Source of the DNA: an uncultured Candidatus Poseidoniales archaeon
Lineage (GTDB): Archaea > Thermoplasmatota > Poseidoniia > Poseidoniales > Thalassarchaeaceae
Length of the DNA stretch: 64,000 bases
Direction: 5' to 3'
Assembly: GCA_902593945.1 (NCBI GenBank)
Contig: CACJKA010000006.1
Coordinates: forward strand, 3,471-67,470
The notes beneath the pieces are model-generated. The model saw nothing but the letters and a program-made list of their open reading frames with translations. It did not search any database and was not told the origin of the DNA. The translations under genes were made by a program, and so were the position numbers. This document shows, piece by piece, positions 51,077 through 61,177 of the stretch. Each line of letters begins with the position of its first letter. The stretch's first letter is position 1.

Positions 51077-51666
51077 GTCATTATTGATTCTTTCATTGGG
51101 AAATTGGTATTTTCTTCCAAAGCAGTAGTTTGAATATTATTAGCATTTTCAGACTTAGAGATTAATGAAAGAAATTTGTGTAACGGAAGTCCCTTATTCC
51201 AATCTAAGTAAGGAGTTCCATTTCTCGTTAGAGGTAATTCAGGAACAGTTCTAGAGAGTAATCTTAGTTTCCCTGTAAGTCCTTCAGTTTTCACTCTAAA
51301 TATTCTCCAACTGTCCCCCCTGACTCCTTTCAACCTGTAAGCATAGAATGGTTGTATTGAGCACCTAATTCCAATTTCTTCTAATGCTTTATACTGTAAA
51401 ACAGTTCTACCAGAAAGATATAATTTAGGCTTCTTTGAAGATTTTACTTCTATTGGGAAACACATATCGCCCCTTAATGCTAGAAGATCGCCAGTACCTT
51501 CTGAACCACTTCCTGGCGCCCTTACAACTAGAAATGGACGTTGACAAATCTGCATAGCCTGTGCTCGTTCTGTTTCACTACAAGATCTTGTTATTGCACG
51601 AACTCCTTTTTCTTCACCTGCAAGTACTGAGCGTAACTCACGCTCGTATGCCCCTCCTATTCCCAT
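51025..51666 (-). CDS. hjc: Archaeal Holliday junction resolvase
   Basis: GGAYERELR, VVRAPGSG, DLLA, IEVKSS (PD-(D/E)xK). Confidence 0.88.
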   Translation of the reverse strand: MGIGGAYERELRSVLAGEEKGVRAITRSCSETERAQAMQICQRPFLVVRAPGSGSEGTGDLLALRGDMCFPIEVKSSKKPKLYLSGRTVLQYKALEEIGIRCSIQPFYAYRLKGVRGDSWRIFRVKTEGLTGKLRLLSRTVPELPLTRNGTPYLDWNKGLPLHKFLSLISKSENANNIQTTALEENTNFPMKESIMTQYESSSERTASSLSNS

Positions 51667-51761
51667 GCTACTATCGTAATCTCAAGGTTATTGAGGACAT
51701 CGCTTGATTAATGCTTTTTTTTCCGGTTTTTGGAGTTTTTTATAAAGTGACATTTAGCAAA

Positions 51762-52403
51762 TTATTGAAATTTACCTTTCCTATATTCTCTTGTCCTATC
51801 GACTCCCGGGAATTGATCTTCACTTTCACGATATACGGTTTTCATATTCTTTAGAAAACTCTGCTCATTTGTAACAATTAAGACCATATCTACACCTGGG
51901 TCTTCTCCTTCATCCATCCAAGCTAATACAATCTCCATTGTCATCCTAGCTCCTTCTCTATGTGGGTAAGCAAATACATCCATGCCCAAAGGTGGTAGAA
52001 CTAAAGTTTCGCGCGGTTCTAGATTTTCTACTTCTAAAAATAATGAATCATATGATTTTTTTAATAATTCTCTTCTGTATTGATCTTGTGTAGGTCTTCT
52101 ACAATCTGGACCTACAACATGTACAAGATGTTCTGCAGGTAGATTGTAGGCAGATGTGGTAACCGCCTCTCCAACTCCACAAGGTTGTGAGTTTGTTTTA
52201 CGTTTTTCTTTTGCTATTTCAGTACAAGCAGCTCTTAATTCAGGTCCGGCCGCTAGTTGCATCACCTCATCTAAACCTTCTCTGCCCGCAAGTCTATTGT
52301 TGGCTGGTAGAACCATTATGTCACCCTCCACTCTAGTAACATTGCCAAAGCACACTCTCACCTGTCCATATTTACATTCTCGGACTATGATAACCTCTGC
52401 CAT
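51762..52403 (-). CDS. Macro domain protein (divergent)
   Basis: GNVTR, VLPAN, AAGPELRAAC, GEAVTTSAYNLPA, HVVGP. Confidence 0.85.
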   Translation of the reverse strand: MAEVIIVRECKYGQVRVCFGNVTRVEGDIMVLPANNRLAGREGLDEVMQLAAGPELRAACTEIAKEKRKTNSQPCGVGEAVTTSAYNLPAEHLVHVVGPDCRRPTQDQYRRELLKKSYDSLFLEVENLEPRETLVLPPLGMDVFAYPHREGARMTMEIVLAWMDEGEDPGVDMVLIVTNEQSFLKNMKTVYRESEDQFPGVDRTREYRKGKFQ

Positions 52404-52502
52404 ATTAATGATGAGGGGAGGGCATCCAATATGTATGCTTCTTCTCAACATTCTGAATATTAAAGCGAACATTTGATGCGTGAAGACGTCTCCCACTGGA
52501 AT

Positions 52503-52736
52503 ATGTCAGTGGGTTACGTACTAGTAAATGTTGAACCCGGTTCGGAAGTAGATGTGTTTAATACAGCATCATCATTATCTTTTGTAACCGATGCAAATCT
52601 TCTCTTCGGCGATCATGATTTAATAGTTAAATTAGAGGCAGAAAATATGGGAGATATAGCTAGGTTAGTTGTAGAATCAATACGTGCAATTCCAGGAGTT
52701 TTGAATACCAAAACGCTTGCTTGCGCAGAAATGTAG
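52503..52736 (+). CDS. Stand-alone Lrp/AsnC ligand-binding (RAM) domain protein
   Basis: GYVLVNVEPG, LFGDHDLIVKLE, IRAIPGVLNTKTL; no HTH. Confidence 0.88.
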   Translation: MSVGYVLVNVEPGSEVDVFNTASSLSFVTDANLLFGDHDLIVKLEAENMGDIARLVVESIRAIPGVLNTKTLACAEM

Positions 52737-52852
52737 ATGATTTTTCATTAGTCGGTTTTTTCAGTTTTCTTTTAATTGTGGCGCAGTATTGCGTTTTTTA
52801 TACAATAACTTCATATCCTATTTTGACTGTCGAAGTGGCGGAGGATTGCTTT

Positions 52853-53116
52853 ATGTCAGACAAAAAATACTTCGTATTGATGGAGAATGGAAAGGACACT
52901 ACTCAAGTGTTCGTAAGCAAGCAGCCACGTGGAGCAGCCTTGAAGGCAGCTACTCGTGGCCATACCGCTATCCAACTGCGTGAGCGCGGAACAAACCGTG
53001 TTCACAATTTTGAAGGTTGGACTGAGGTTGTTGCAAAGCCAGCTAATGGACCAGCTTGGCTACCAGACAAAATCAAGAAGGCCAATGTAAAGAAAAATGG
53101 AATTACTCGATTATGA
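52853..53116 (+). CDS. Non-histone chromosomal protein MC1
   Basis: VF...QPRGAALKAATRG...LRERGT..VH.F.G...P.WLP...K..V; GGAGG SD upstream. Confidence 0.92.
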   Translation: MSDKKYFVLMENGKDTTQVFVSKQPRGAALKAATRGHTAIQLRERGTNRVHNFEGWTEVVAKPANGPAWLPDKIKKANVKKNGITRL

Positions 53117-53145
53117 GTAATCTATTTTTTCCGGAATTACAAAAC

Positions 53146-53171
53146 CCCTCTCCGGGTTTACTCGGAGAGGG
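53146..53171. terminator. Hairpin between convergent MC1 and sdhB genes
   Basis: CCCTCTCCG-ggtttact-CGGAGAGGG, a perfect 9-bp stem. On the minus strand it is followed by TTTT. Confidence 0.65.
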
Positions 53172-53176
53172 TTAAA

Positions 53177-53938
53177 TCATCTTAATCCTAATTTACGTCC
53201 AATTATTGCAATTGGATCGTAGTATTCTGTAATTACTCTTTCTTTGAGAGGTATTATTGCATTGTCTGTGATATTGATCCCTGCAGGGCATACTTCTGTG
53301 CAACATCGAGTAATATTACAATAGCCTATACCAAAATCATCTTTAATTTCAGGAATTCTATTTTCAACATCTAATGGATGCATTTCTAATCCTGCTAAAC
53401 GTACAAAGAACCTTGGTCCAGCGAAATCATCGAATTTTTGATGTTCTCGGAGTACGTGACATGTGTTTACACACAACATACATTCAATACAACCTCTAAA
53501 CTCTTGGATTCGATTTGCCTCATTCTGATTAAATTCCCAGTCTAATTCATCAGGGCCTTTCACAGGGACCATTTTTTTATTCATTTCATAAGCCCATGAT
53601 GTATCTGTAACCAAGTCCTTTGTTAATGGGAATGATTGCATTGGTTTCACAAGAACAGGCTCTCCATCTGGAGTTTCTTCCATTACTTCTTCCATTCTTG
53701 TCATGCACATAAGACGTGGTTTTCCATTAACTTCTGCGGAACATGAACCACATTTACCTGCTTTACAATTCCATCTGCAAGATAGGTCTGGAGCATGCTC
53801 AGCTTGTATTCTATGAATTACATCAAGAACTACCATCCCTTCATCCATTTCAACAGTATAATCTACCATTTCTCCGAATGGGTCTCCATCTTCATCGGGT
53901 TCTCCTCTGAAAATTTTGAATGTTACATCTTCTGCCAT
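53177..53938 (-). CDS. sdhB: Succinate dehydrogenase iron-sulfur subunit
   Basis: CKAGKCGSC, CIECMLCVNTC, CNITRCCTEVCP. ATG 53938 follows a GAGGA SD. Confidence 0.96.
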   Translation of the reverse strand: MAEDVTFKIFRGEPDEDGDPFGEMVDYTVEMDEGMVVLDVIHRIQAEHAPDLSCRWNCKAGKCGSCSAEVNGKPRLMCMTRMEEVMEETPDGEPVLVKPMQSFPLTKDLVTDTSWAYEMNKKMVPVKGPDELDWEFNQNEANRIQEFRGCIECMLCVNTCHVLREHQKFDDFAGPRFFVRLAGLEMHPLDVENRIPEIKDDFGIGYCNITRCCTEVCPAGINITDNAIIPLKERVITEYYDPIAIIGRKLGLR

Positions 53939-53939
53939 T

Positions 53940-55766
53940 TTATTCCTCCTCGTGCAAGTCTTCAATATCTAGTAATTTTTTCAGTTCCTCGTCTATGGGA
54001 GGGTATCTTCGATGCTCAATTGTCATTTTATCTTTCTTCGTTATAACACTATTTATTTTGCCCCAGTATTTGTAATCAGGTGTTGGGAAATCATCTCTAG
54101 TATGGCCTCCTCTAGATTCCTTTCTATGCAGTGCTGCTAATGTACACATTCTACTTACATCAATCATAGCATCAATTTCTAGTGCTTGATGCCAACCTGG
54201 ATTGTAAATACGGCTATTTCCTGTAGATGTATTCTTAGAACGTTTTTCCAAATCATCTAAATCTTCTAATGCCTCTTTTAACAATTTTTCAGTTCTAATT
54301 ATGCCTACTTTATATTGCATCATTTCTCTTAAATCTTCTACGACTTTTGCTGGATTCTCCCCTTCAGTTCTATTTAATGGCGCTAATGTTTCTTCAATTG
54401 CATTATTAATTTCTATAGGGTCTATTGGGAGAAAATCCTCAATATCTTTAGCGAGCAATGCAGCGTTTTCTCCAGCAATTTTTCCGAATACAATAAGATC
54501 TGAGAGTGAATTTCCTCCAAGCCTATTTGCGCCATGTAGGCCTGTAGCGGCTTCTCCGGCTGCAAACATTCTAGGTACTGTAGTTTCCTGTGTTTCCGGG
54601 TGAACTTTTATTCCTCCCATCACATAGTGTGCTGTAGGGCCAACTTCCATTTTTTCAGTAGTAATATCAACTGCAGCCAATTCCTTGAATTGATGGTACA
54701 TTCCTGGAAGTTTCTTTCTTACTTGATCAGGCTCTCTCCAAGAAATATCCAGATATGCTCCTCCATGAACGCTGGCTCTACCAGCATCTCTTTCGGAATT
54801 TATTGCTTTAGCAACAACATCTCTTGTCAATAATTCAGGAGGTCTACGGACAGTTGCTAATTTCCCTTCTACAATCTCAGAGACCCATTCCAAAGCCTCT
54901 TTTTCAGTATCAGCGAATTCGTCCTTATACATCTCAGGGACATAGTCGAACATGAATCTCTTTCCTTCAGAATTGGTCAGCATACCTCCCTCTCCTCGAA
55001 CACCCTCAGTAACTAAAATTCCTTTTACAGACGGGGGCCAAATCATACCTGTAGGGTGGAATTGAATGAATTCCATATCTCCCATTTCGGCTCCGGCCCA
55101 ATATGCTAATGCATATCCTTCTCCAGTATACTCCCATGAACCTGAACAAACAGCCCAACACCTTGTGGCACCTCCAGTTGCCATTACAATGGTTTTTGCT
55201 TTGAAAACATGTAATGTTCCATTGTTCCTATCGTAGGCAAAACATCCAGATATTTTCCCATCAGTCTTGAACATTTTACGGACAGTGAATTCCATAAATA
55301 TCTCCATACCCATATGAACTCCTTTCTCTTGAAGAGTTCTGATTAATTCTAAACCAGTTGCATCTCCAATATGTGCTAACCTAGGATATGTATGTCCACC
55401 AAAGTTTCTTTGATTTGTTAGCCCCTTTGGTGTTCTATCAAAAACAGCCCCCCAAGTTTCTAGTTCTCTAATCCTGTCTGGGGCCTGTTGAGCATGAATT
55501 TTTGCCATCCTCCAATCATTTAGGTATTTTCCACCTTTCATTGTGTCTCGGAAATGAGTTTGCCAATTATCACGAGGATCTTTGTTGCCCAATGCGGCTG
55601 CAGCACCTCCTTCAGCCATTACCGTATGCGCCTTTCCTAGCATTGATTTACATATCATGGCGACACTAACTCCTGAGTTACTAGCCTCTATTGCTGCTCT
55701 CAATCCAGCACCCCCTGCTCCAATTATTACGACATCATGTTCATGAACAATGTAATTTTCACTCAT
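53940..55766 (-). CDS. sdhA: Succinate dehydrogenase flavoprotein subunit
   Basis: [15 protein letters not shown] (covalent FAD His), [23 protein letters not shown]. Confidence 0.97.
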   Translation of the reverse strand: MSENYIVHEHDVVIIGAGGAGLRAAIEASNSGVSVAMICKSMLGKAHTVMAEGGAAAALGNKDPRDNWQTHFRDTMKGGKYLNDWRMAKIHAQQAPDRIRELETWGAVFDRTPKGLTNQRNFGGHTYPRLAHIGDATGLELIRTLQEKGVHMGMEIFMEFTVRKMFKTDGKISGCFAYDRNNGTLHVFKAKTIVMATGGATRCWAVCSGSWEYTGEGYALAYWAGAEMGDMEFIQFHPTGMIWPPSVKGILVTEGVRGEGGMLTNSEGKRFMFDYVPEMYKDEFADTEKEALEWVSEIVEGKLATVRRPPELLTRDVVAKAINSERDAGRASVHGGAYLDISWREPDQVRKKLPGMYHQFKELAAVDITTEKMEVGPTAHYVMGGIKVHPETQETTVPRMFAAGEAATGLHGANRLGGNSLSDLIVFGKIAGENAALLAKDIEDFLPIDPIEINNAIEETLAPLNRTEGENPAKVVEDLREMMQYKVGIIRTEKLLKEALEDLDDLEKRSKNTSTGNSRIYNPGWHQALEIDAMIDVSRMCTLAALHRKESRGGHTRDDFPTPDYKYWGKINSVITKKDKMTIEHRRYPPIDEELKKLLDIEDLHEEE

Positions 55767-55775
55767 AATATCACC

Positions 55776-56576
55776 TCACATTATAATCCAATAGTGGTCT
55801 TGAATTCTGCCTTCTGAGACGGCCAAAACAAACAAATCTCCAAGAAAAACCATAACTAAACTAGTCCAAAACCAGAAGGCATGTTCAATATTTAAGTTAC
55901 TAACTTTGATGTATAATTTCCCCATTATTCCTGAGATTCCACCTCTCCATCGATTCATCCCTCCACCAAATAGATGTCTGAATGCGTGACAAGAAGCAAC
56001 ATACATGAATAGAAGAATAGATTCAGTAGCTAAAACCACGGTTCCTAAAGATATTCCAAATTCAGTTCCATCGTTAAACCACATTGTATGATATACATCG
56101 TAAACTTTCATTGAAAGAATAATTATTGCTAGATATAACATATATCTGTGAATATTATTTAACACAAATAGTCCGGTTTCTCCTTTGTACCCTATTCTGT
56201 AATTCACTTCAGGTTTTGCAACTACACATGCTGTAGGATTTTGGAAAAAGACTCTATGGTAGACTTTTCGCATGTAGTAACATGTCCCTCTAAATCCAAA
56301 TGGTATCCATAAAATCAGCATAGCTGAATTCATCCAATTAGGTGCTTTTATACCGAACAAATGTATTACATCGGGTGAAAAAATTGGTGAAGTCACCCTG
56401 TGATTGTCGTAGTGAATTGCTCCATCCCAAATCAAAACCCGTAATGCAGTATAGATCAAAGCCAGAGTTAATCCAAACCCCATCCAAAATGGCTTAGTCC
56501 ACCATCTGTCGATTCTATCTGTTTTCCCAAACCCCTTTTTCAGGGGTAGTTTAATCGCATCAGACAAAGAACTCAC
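55776..56576 (-). CDS. Succinate dehydrogenase membrane anchor, mycobacterial Sdh1 (Rv0249c-like) type
   Basis: FRGTCYYMRKVYHR, NIHRY, SCHAFRH and HAFWFW motifs; several TMs; first gene of the sdh operon. Confidence 0.85.
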   Translation of the reverse strand: MSSLSDAIKLPLKKGFGKTDRIDRWWTKPFWMGFGLTLALIYTALRVLIWDGAIHYDNHRVTSPIFSPDVIHLFGIKAPNWMNSAMLILWIPFGFRGTCYYMRKVYHRVFFQNPTACVVAKPEVNYRIGYKGETGLFVLNNIHRYMLYLAIIILSMKVYDVYHTMWFNDGTEFGISLGTVVLATESILLFMYVASCHAFRHLFGGGMNRWRGGISGIMGKLYIKVSNLNIEHAFWFWTSLVMVFLGDLFVLAVSEGRIQDHYWIIM

Positions 56577-56580
56577 CTAA

Positions 56581-56628
56581 TGGTGCAAGCACCAGTAATA
56601 CTCCCGACTCAAGTAAGGGCAATAAGTG
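56581..56628 (-). promoter_or_regulatory. Putative sdh promoter motif CACTTATTGCCCT plus 5' hairpin TGGTG-CTTG-CACCA
   Basis: + strand agggcaataagtg at 56616-56628 and tggtgcaagcacca at 56581-56594. Confidence 0.6.
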
Positions 56629-56707
56629 ATTGCTTTTACCCATGACTTAATCATTCATCTTTAGCGGAATATTAATGTTAACTTGGCTTTTCGTATGTTT
56701 GATTAAA

Positions 56708-56821
56708 ATGGATGACTTCAATGATATCACTTCATCAATTTGTCCTAATTGTGGTTATATGCCCGGAGCTTGGCTCCCCTCTCTCCGTTGTCCGGAATGT
56801 GGAGAAATAATGTTTCCATGA
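56708..56821 (+). CDS. 37-aa CPxCG zinc-finger micro-protein
   Basis: MDDFNDITSSICPNCGYMPGAWLPSLRCPECGEIMFP*, read by hand; two CPxCG motifs; fills the intergenic gap. Confidence 0.7.
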   Translation: MDDFNDITSSICPNCGYMPGAWLPSLRCPECGEIMFP

Positions 56822-56835
56822 AAAAATATTATAAT

Positions 56836-58464
56836 TTACGCTAAAGAAGAATAATCAACCTTTTCTTCAATTAATTCAATTTCGTCTACATCCATTTGTG
56901 CAAGCTGCAATTTACCTGACAATTCGTCATTTACTGCATGCCAATATGAGTATGATTCGATAACCCATATTCCTGATTCCCGAGTGCCATTTCCACTACC
57001 TTTTACTCCACCAAAAGGAAGGTGCGCCTCAGCCCCCGTTGTCGAATTATTTATTCCGGTCATTCCTGCTTTAATTCCTGACTTGTACCTATATGCCTCT
57101 AGTCTATCATTGGTATAAATTGCACTTGATAATCCATATGGTGATGCATTGGCAAGATGTAATGCATGTTCGAAATCTTTAGCCTTTACAATAGTGACTA
57201 CTGGACCAAATATTTCTTCATGGAAACATTCCATTTCTTCAGTTACATCTGCATAAACATGTGGCCACATGTAAACTCCTTGTTCAGGATTACCAAGGAA
57301 GTTCTCTGGTCTATTGTCGGAAGTTATTCTTCCATTACCCCACAATTTCTTCGCTCCACTTTTCTCACATAATTCTAAATCTCGCATGAAATCATTTGCA
57401 TATTTTTCAGATAACATAGGGCCATATAATACATCTTCATGTACCATTGAATCCCCAATTGTTGTTGATCTGACTTTTTCCATTAACTTTTCAATGAAAT
57501 CATCATAAATGTCTTCATGAATTATCAAATTACCAAGACTTGTACATCGTTGACCGGCTGTCCCAAATCCTGCCCAGTATGCTCCTTCAACAGCGTTCTC
57601 CATATTTGCACTTGGCATAATTACCAATGGGTTCTTACCTCCTAATTCTAGACTGGCAGATACTAAGTTCCTACCGCAAACTTCTCCAATCATTTTTCCT
57701 ACTGATGTAGAACCAGTAAAACTGATCTTATTGACTAATCCTTGGTCAACAGCATCAACAAGATGTTGTCCCGCGCCACTTCCTTTTCCATGAATCAAGT
57801 TTATGACGCCATTTGGTAGTCCTGCTTCATGCATAATTCTAGTTAGCATGAAAGACAATAATGGGGAGTCCTGTGGGCTTTTCCAAACACAAGTATTACC
57901 GCACATTATTGCCGGAATCATTTTCCAAAAGGGAACTGCTGAGGGGAAATTACATGCGTTGATTATTCCGCAAACTCCTAAAGGTCTTCTGTAGGTAAAA
58001 AGCTCCTTATCGGGTAATTCTGAATTAACTGTTTGGCCATATAATCTACGACCCTCAGATTGGAAAAATAGGCATGTATCAATCGCTTCCTGAACTTCTC
58101 CTCCACTTTCTTTCAATGTCTTACCGATCTCTCTTGTTTCAACTCTTACAATATCCTCTTTGTATTGCATTAGAAGTCTCCCCATATTTCCTATAATTTG
58201 ACCTCTGGTTGGTGCCGGTGTTGCAGCCCATGAAGGAAATGCATTTCTTGCAGCATCTAGGGCTTCATGCACATCATCTTTAGTGGAAAGAGGAAACTCT
58301 CCAAGACAGTCAGAAAGTAGTGCTGGATTTAGACTTTCAAAAGTTTCTCCACTACTGGATAATTTCAATTCCCCATTAATTATATTGTATCCCTTAATCT
58401 TCGGACTACCGTTGGGATTATTGGCTTCCATAAATTCAAATCCTGTTTCGAGTACATTGGTCAT
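56836..58464 (-). CDS. NAD(P)-dependent aldehyde dehydrogenase
   Basis: CNFP, SFTGST, ELGGKNP, AGQRCTS, EEIFGPV, PFGGVKGSG. Confidence 0.95.
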   Translation of the reverse strand: MTNVLETGFEFMEANNPNGSPKIKGYNIINGELKLSSSGETFESLNPALLSDCLGEFPLSTKDDVHEALDAARNAFPSWAATPAPTRGQIIGNMGRLLMQYKEDIVRVETREIGKTLKESGGEVQEAIDTCLFFQSEGRRLYGQTVNSELPDKELFTYRRPLGVCGIINACNFPSAVPFWKMIPAIMCGNTCVWKSPQDSPLLSFMLTRIMHEAGLPNGVINLIHGKGSGAGQHLVDAVDQGLVNKISFTGSTSVGKMIGEVCGRNLVSASLELGGKNPLVIMPSANMENAVEGAYWAGFGTAGQRCTSLGNLIIHEDIYDDFIEKLMEKVRSTTIGDSMVHEDVLYGPMLSEKYANDFMRDLELCEKSGAKKLWGNGRITSDNRPENFLGNPEQGVYMWPHVYADVTEEMECFHEEIFGPVVTIVKAKDFEHALHLANASPYGLSSAIYTNDRLEAYRYKSGIKAGMTGINNSTTGAEAHLPFGGVKGSGNGTRESGIWVIESYSYWHAVNDELSGKLQLAQMDVDEIELIEEKVDYSSLA

Positions 58465-58604
58465 GTGCCTGCGAAATATAACTCTATCAAGAAACCTTCT
58501 CAAGGAAGATTATGGTGATTTAATCCATTATTCATTTGACATCTTCAAGTTCACAGGTTTAACTACCCCCCATTACTACAGAGGATTGTTCAGAGGTATG
58601 TGGA

Positions 58605-60836
58605 ATGTCAAATGAGGAAGTAGATGACTTACAACTTAGAGTAGCAAAGGCGATACCGAGTGATGTAGGGCATGGTCGTGCTCGAGTACCTTTCGACAAT
58701 GATTTGAATCTGAAACCAGGAGATATTGTTGAGATTACAGGAGAACAGAAAACTGCTGCTATTGTTTGGCGTTGTCGCCCAGAAGATGCCAATCTTGGCA
58801 TTATTAGAGTGGATGGAATTATTAGGAAAAATGCAGGTGTTTCTCTTGGTGATAAAGTTTCAATCCGTAAAGTCGAGACACAGCCTTGTCAGAAATTAAT
58901 TCTTAGTCCTGTAATGGCTAAACAGCAGAAAGTACGATTCGGGCCAGGAATTGAAGGTTTTGCTCGTAGAGGCCTGAATAAGAGGCCAGTAGTTTCTGGA
59001 GATAGAATTTTTATACCAGGGATGACTCTTTTCGCAGAGGCTTTACCATTTCAAATTGTCAAAACAACTCCTAAGGGAATAGTTCAGGTACTTCCTGATA
59101 CTGAAATAGTAATCAAAGAAGAACCTGTTGATGAAGAAGATGAATCCGGACAGCCAATTTCAACAATTTCATATGAGGACATAGGGGGAATCGGTGAGCA
59201 ACTTCAAAAAGTTAGAGAAATGATAGAACTTCCATTGAAGCATCCTATTCTTTTCCGAAGATTAGGAATTGATCCTCCCAGAGGGGTTCTTCTCCATGGT
59301 CCTCCAGGCACAGGGAAAACATTGATTGCGAAGGCGGTTGCATCAGAAACTAAGGCAAACTTTACTTCAATAAATGGTCCAGAGATAATTTCGAAATATT
59401 ATGGTGAGAGTGAAAAACAGTTACGTGAAATATTTGACGAAGCAGCTGCCAATTCTCCTGCAATAATTTTCATTGATGAGTTAGATTCTATTGCCCCTAA
59501 GAGAGAAGATGTTAGTGGAGAAGTAGAAAGAAGGGTCGTAGCTCAATTATTGACTTTACTGGATGGTATGCAAGGCAGGGACAATGTCATAGTAATAGGT
59601 GCAACTAATCGTCCTGATGCAATCGATCCTGCTCTCCGTCGCGGAGGGAGATTTGATCGAGAATTAGAGATAGGCGTTCCTGATAAGCATGGTCGTTCAG
59701 AAATCATTGGTATCCATACTCGTGGAATGCCAATTAGTGACGACTTTGAGATTGAATGGTTATTAGATAATACTCATGGATTTGTAGGTGCAGATATTTC
59801 AGCTCTTGTAAGGGAAGCCGCAATGAAAGCTCTTAGAAGATATTTACCAGAGATTGATTTAGACGAAGAACAGATTCCAACTGAAGTACTTGAGAAGATG
59901 GAAGTCAAAATGGCAGATTTCAAATTAGCAATAAAGGAAATTGAGCCAAGCGCTTTAAGAGAAATATATCTTGAAGTTCCTGAAGTAAGTTGGGATCAAG
60001 TAGGTGGACTCAAAGAAGTAAAAGAAAGACTGAAGGAAAGTATTGAATGGCCTCTAACAAGGCCCGAGATGTTCAACCACTTTGGTATTAATCCTCCACG
60101 AGGAATAGTACTGTTTGGGGCACCTGGAACTGGTAAGACACTTATTGCTAAGGCGATTGCAAATGAAGCCAAGGCGAATTTCATTACAATAAAAGGTCCT
60201 GAATTAATTTCTAAATGGGTAGGTGATTCTGAGAAAGCGGTAAGAGAATTATTCAAGAAAGCCAAACAATCTAGTCCTTCTATAATTTTCTTAGATGAGT
60301 TTGAAAGTATTGCAGGAGTTAGGAGAAGTAATACCGGTGAAGGTTCAGATGTGATGAATAGAGTGGTTAATCAATTACTAAGTTCAATGGATGGTGTTGA
60401 ATCAATGGAAGGCGTAATAGTCGTTGCAGCTACCAATCGCCCAGAGATGATAGACCCCGCACTACTAAGAAGTGGAAGATTCGAAAGAGTACTCCATATC
60501 CCTCCTCCTGATGTTGATTCAATTAAGGCAATTTTGAAGATTCATTCCGAACCGATGCCTCTTGGGAAATTCAATATTGAGTCCTTTGCTCCACAATTGG
60601 TTAATTATACTGGTGCAGATATTGAAGCTATATGTAGAGAAGCAGCTCTAATTTCAATGAGGGCCGAGAAGAAAAGTGTATCCAAAAAGCATTTTGAAGA
60701 GGCAATAAATAGAGTCCGTCCTACGATTACCGATGAAATGATGGATTACTACAACAGAATGGAAGCAAGATTGACTAGTGGGCTTGAATCAGTCCGACGT
60801 AGTTCTGAGATTCATTCAGGAATAGAATCAGCTTGA
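58605..60836 (+). CDS. cdc48: CDC48/VCP family AAA ATPase (VAT)
   Basis: N-domain plus two AAA modules (GPPGTGKT...IDELD; GAPGTGKT...LDEFE). Confidence 0.97.
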   Translation: MSNEEVDDLQLRVAKAIPSDVGHGRARVPFDNDLNLKPGDIVEITGEQKTAAIVWRCRPEDANLGIIRVDGIIRKNAGVSLGDKVSIRKVETQPCQKLILSPVMAKQQKVRFGPGIEGFARRGLNKRPVVSGDRIFIPGMTLFAEALPFQIVKTTPKGIVQVLPDTEIVIKEEPVDEEDESGQPISTISYEDIGGIGEQLQKVREMIELPLKHPILFRRLGIDPPRGVLLHGPPGTGKTLIAKAVASETKANFTSINGPEIISKYYGESEKQLREIFDEAAANSPAIIFIDELDSIAPKREDVSGEVERRVVAQLLTLLDGMQGRDNVIVIGATNRPDAIDPALRRGGRFDRELEIGVPDKHGRSEIIGIHTRGMPISDDFEIEWLLDNTHGFVGADISALVREAAMKALRRYLPEIDLDEEQIPTEVLEKMEVKMADFKLAIKEIEPSALREIYLEVPEVSWDQVGGLKEVKERLKESIEWPLTRPEMFNHFGINPPRGIVLFGAPGTGKTLIAKAIANEAKANFITIKGPELISKWVGDSEKAVRELFKKAKQSSPSIIFLDEFESIAGVRRSNTGEGSDVMNRVVNQLLSSMDGVESMEGVIVVAATNRPEMIDPALLRSGRFERVLHIPPPDVDSIKAILKIHSEPMPLGKFNIESFAPQLVNYTGADIEAICREAALISMRAEKKSVSKKHFEEAINRVRPTITDEMMDYYNRMEARLTSGLESVRRSSEIHSGIESA

Positions 60837-60846
60837 GGGAGATAAA

Positions 60847-61089
60847 ATGCCAGTAACATTCGGACGAGAAATCATTAATCGTGAAGTCCACGATAGTGCA
60901 GATGATAGGCTAGGTAGTGTTACAGATTTTACTATTGATGTCGAAAATGGACAGATAACTAATATTCTAGTGATGATTGAACCAGATATCAACCCCCAAC
61001 TTCTTCCTTGGCCTACCGTAAATGGTCTTTTATCGGTTCCAGTTGAAGAGATTGATAGTATTGGTCAGGTAATCAAACTGTCAGAATAG
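60847..61089 (+). CDS. PRC-barrel domain protein
   Basis: IINREV...LGSVTDFTIDVENGQITNI...VPVEEIDSIGQVI. Confidence 0.85.
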   Translation: MPVTFGREIINREVHDSADDRLGSVTDFTIDVENGQITNILVMIEPDINPQLLPWPTVNGLLSVPVEEIDSIGQVIKLSE

Positions 61090-61177
61090 CATGATGCATA
61101 ACCGTTCATTCGTTCACAACCATCTTAAGTCGAAGTTCAGGCTCGATTTTTGTCGTATTGACTAGGTGGGGTATAGG

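Noticed and set aside
52721-52852. Long N-terminal extension of MC1 in the ORF track
   Set aside because: T-rich intergenic-like sequence; an SD precedes ATG 52853, where MC1 homology begins.
60139-60148. Partial match CACTTATTGC to the respiratory motif
   Set aside because: It lies inside cdc48 coding sequence (Walker A KTLIA), is only 10 nt long, and has no downstream hairpin or start.
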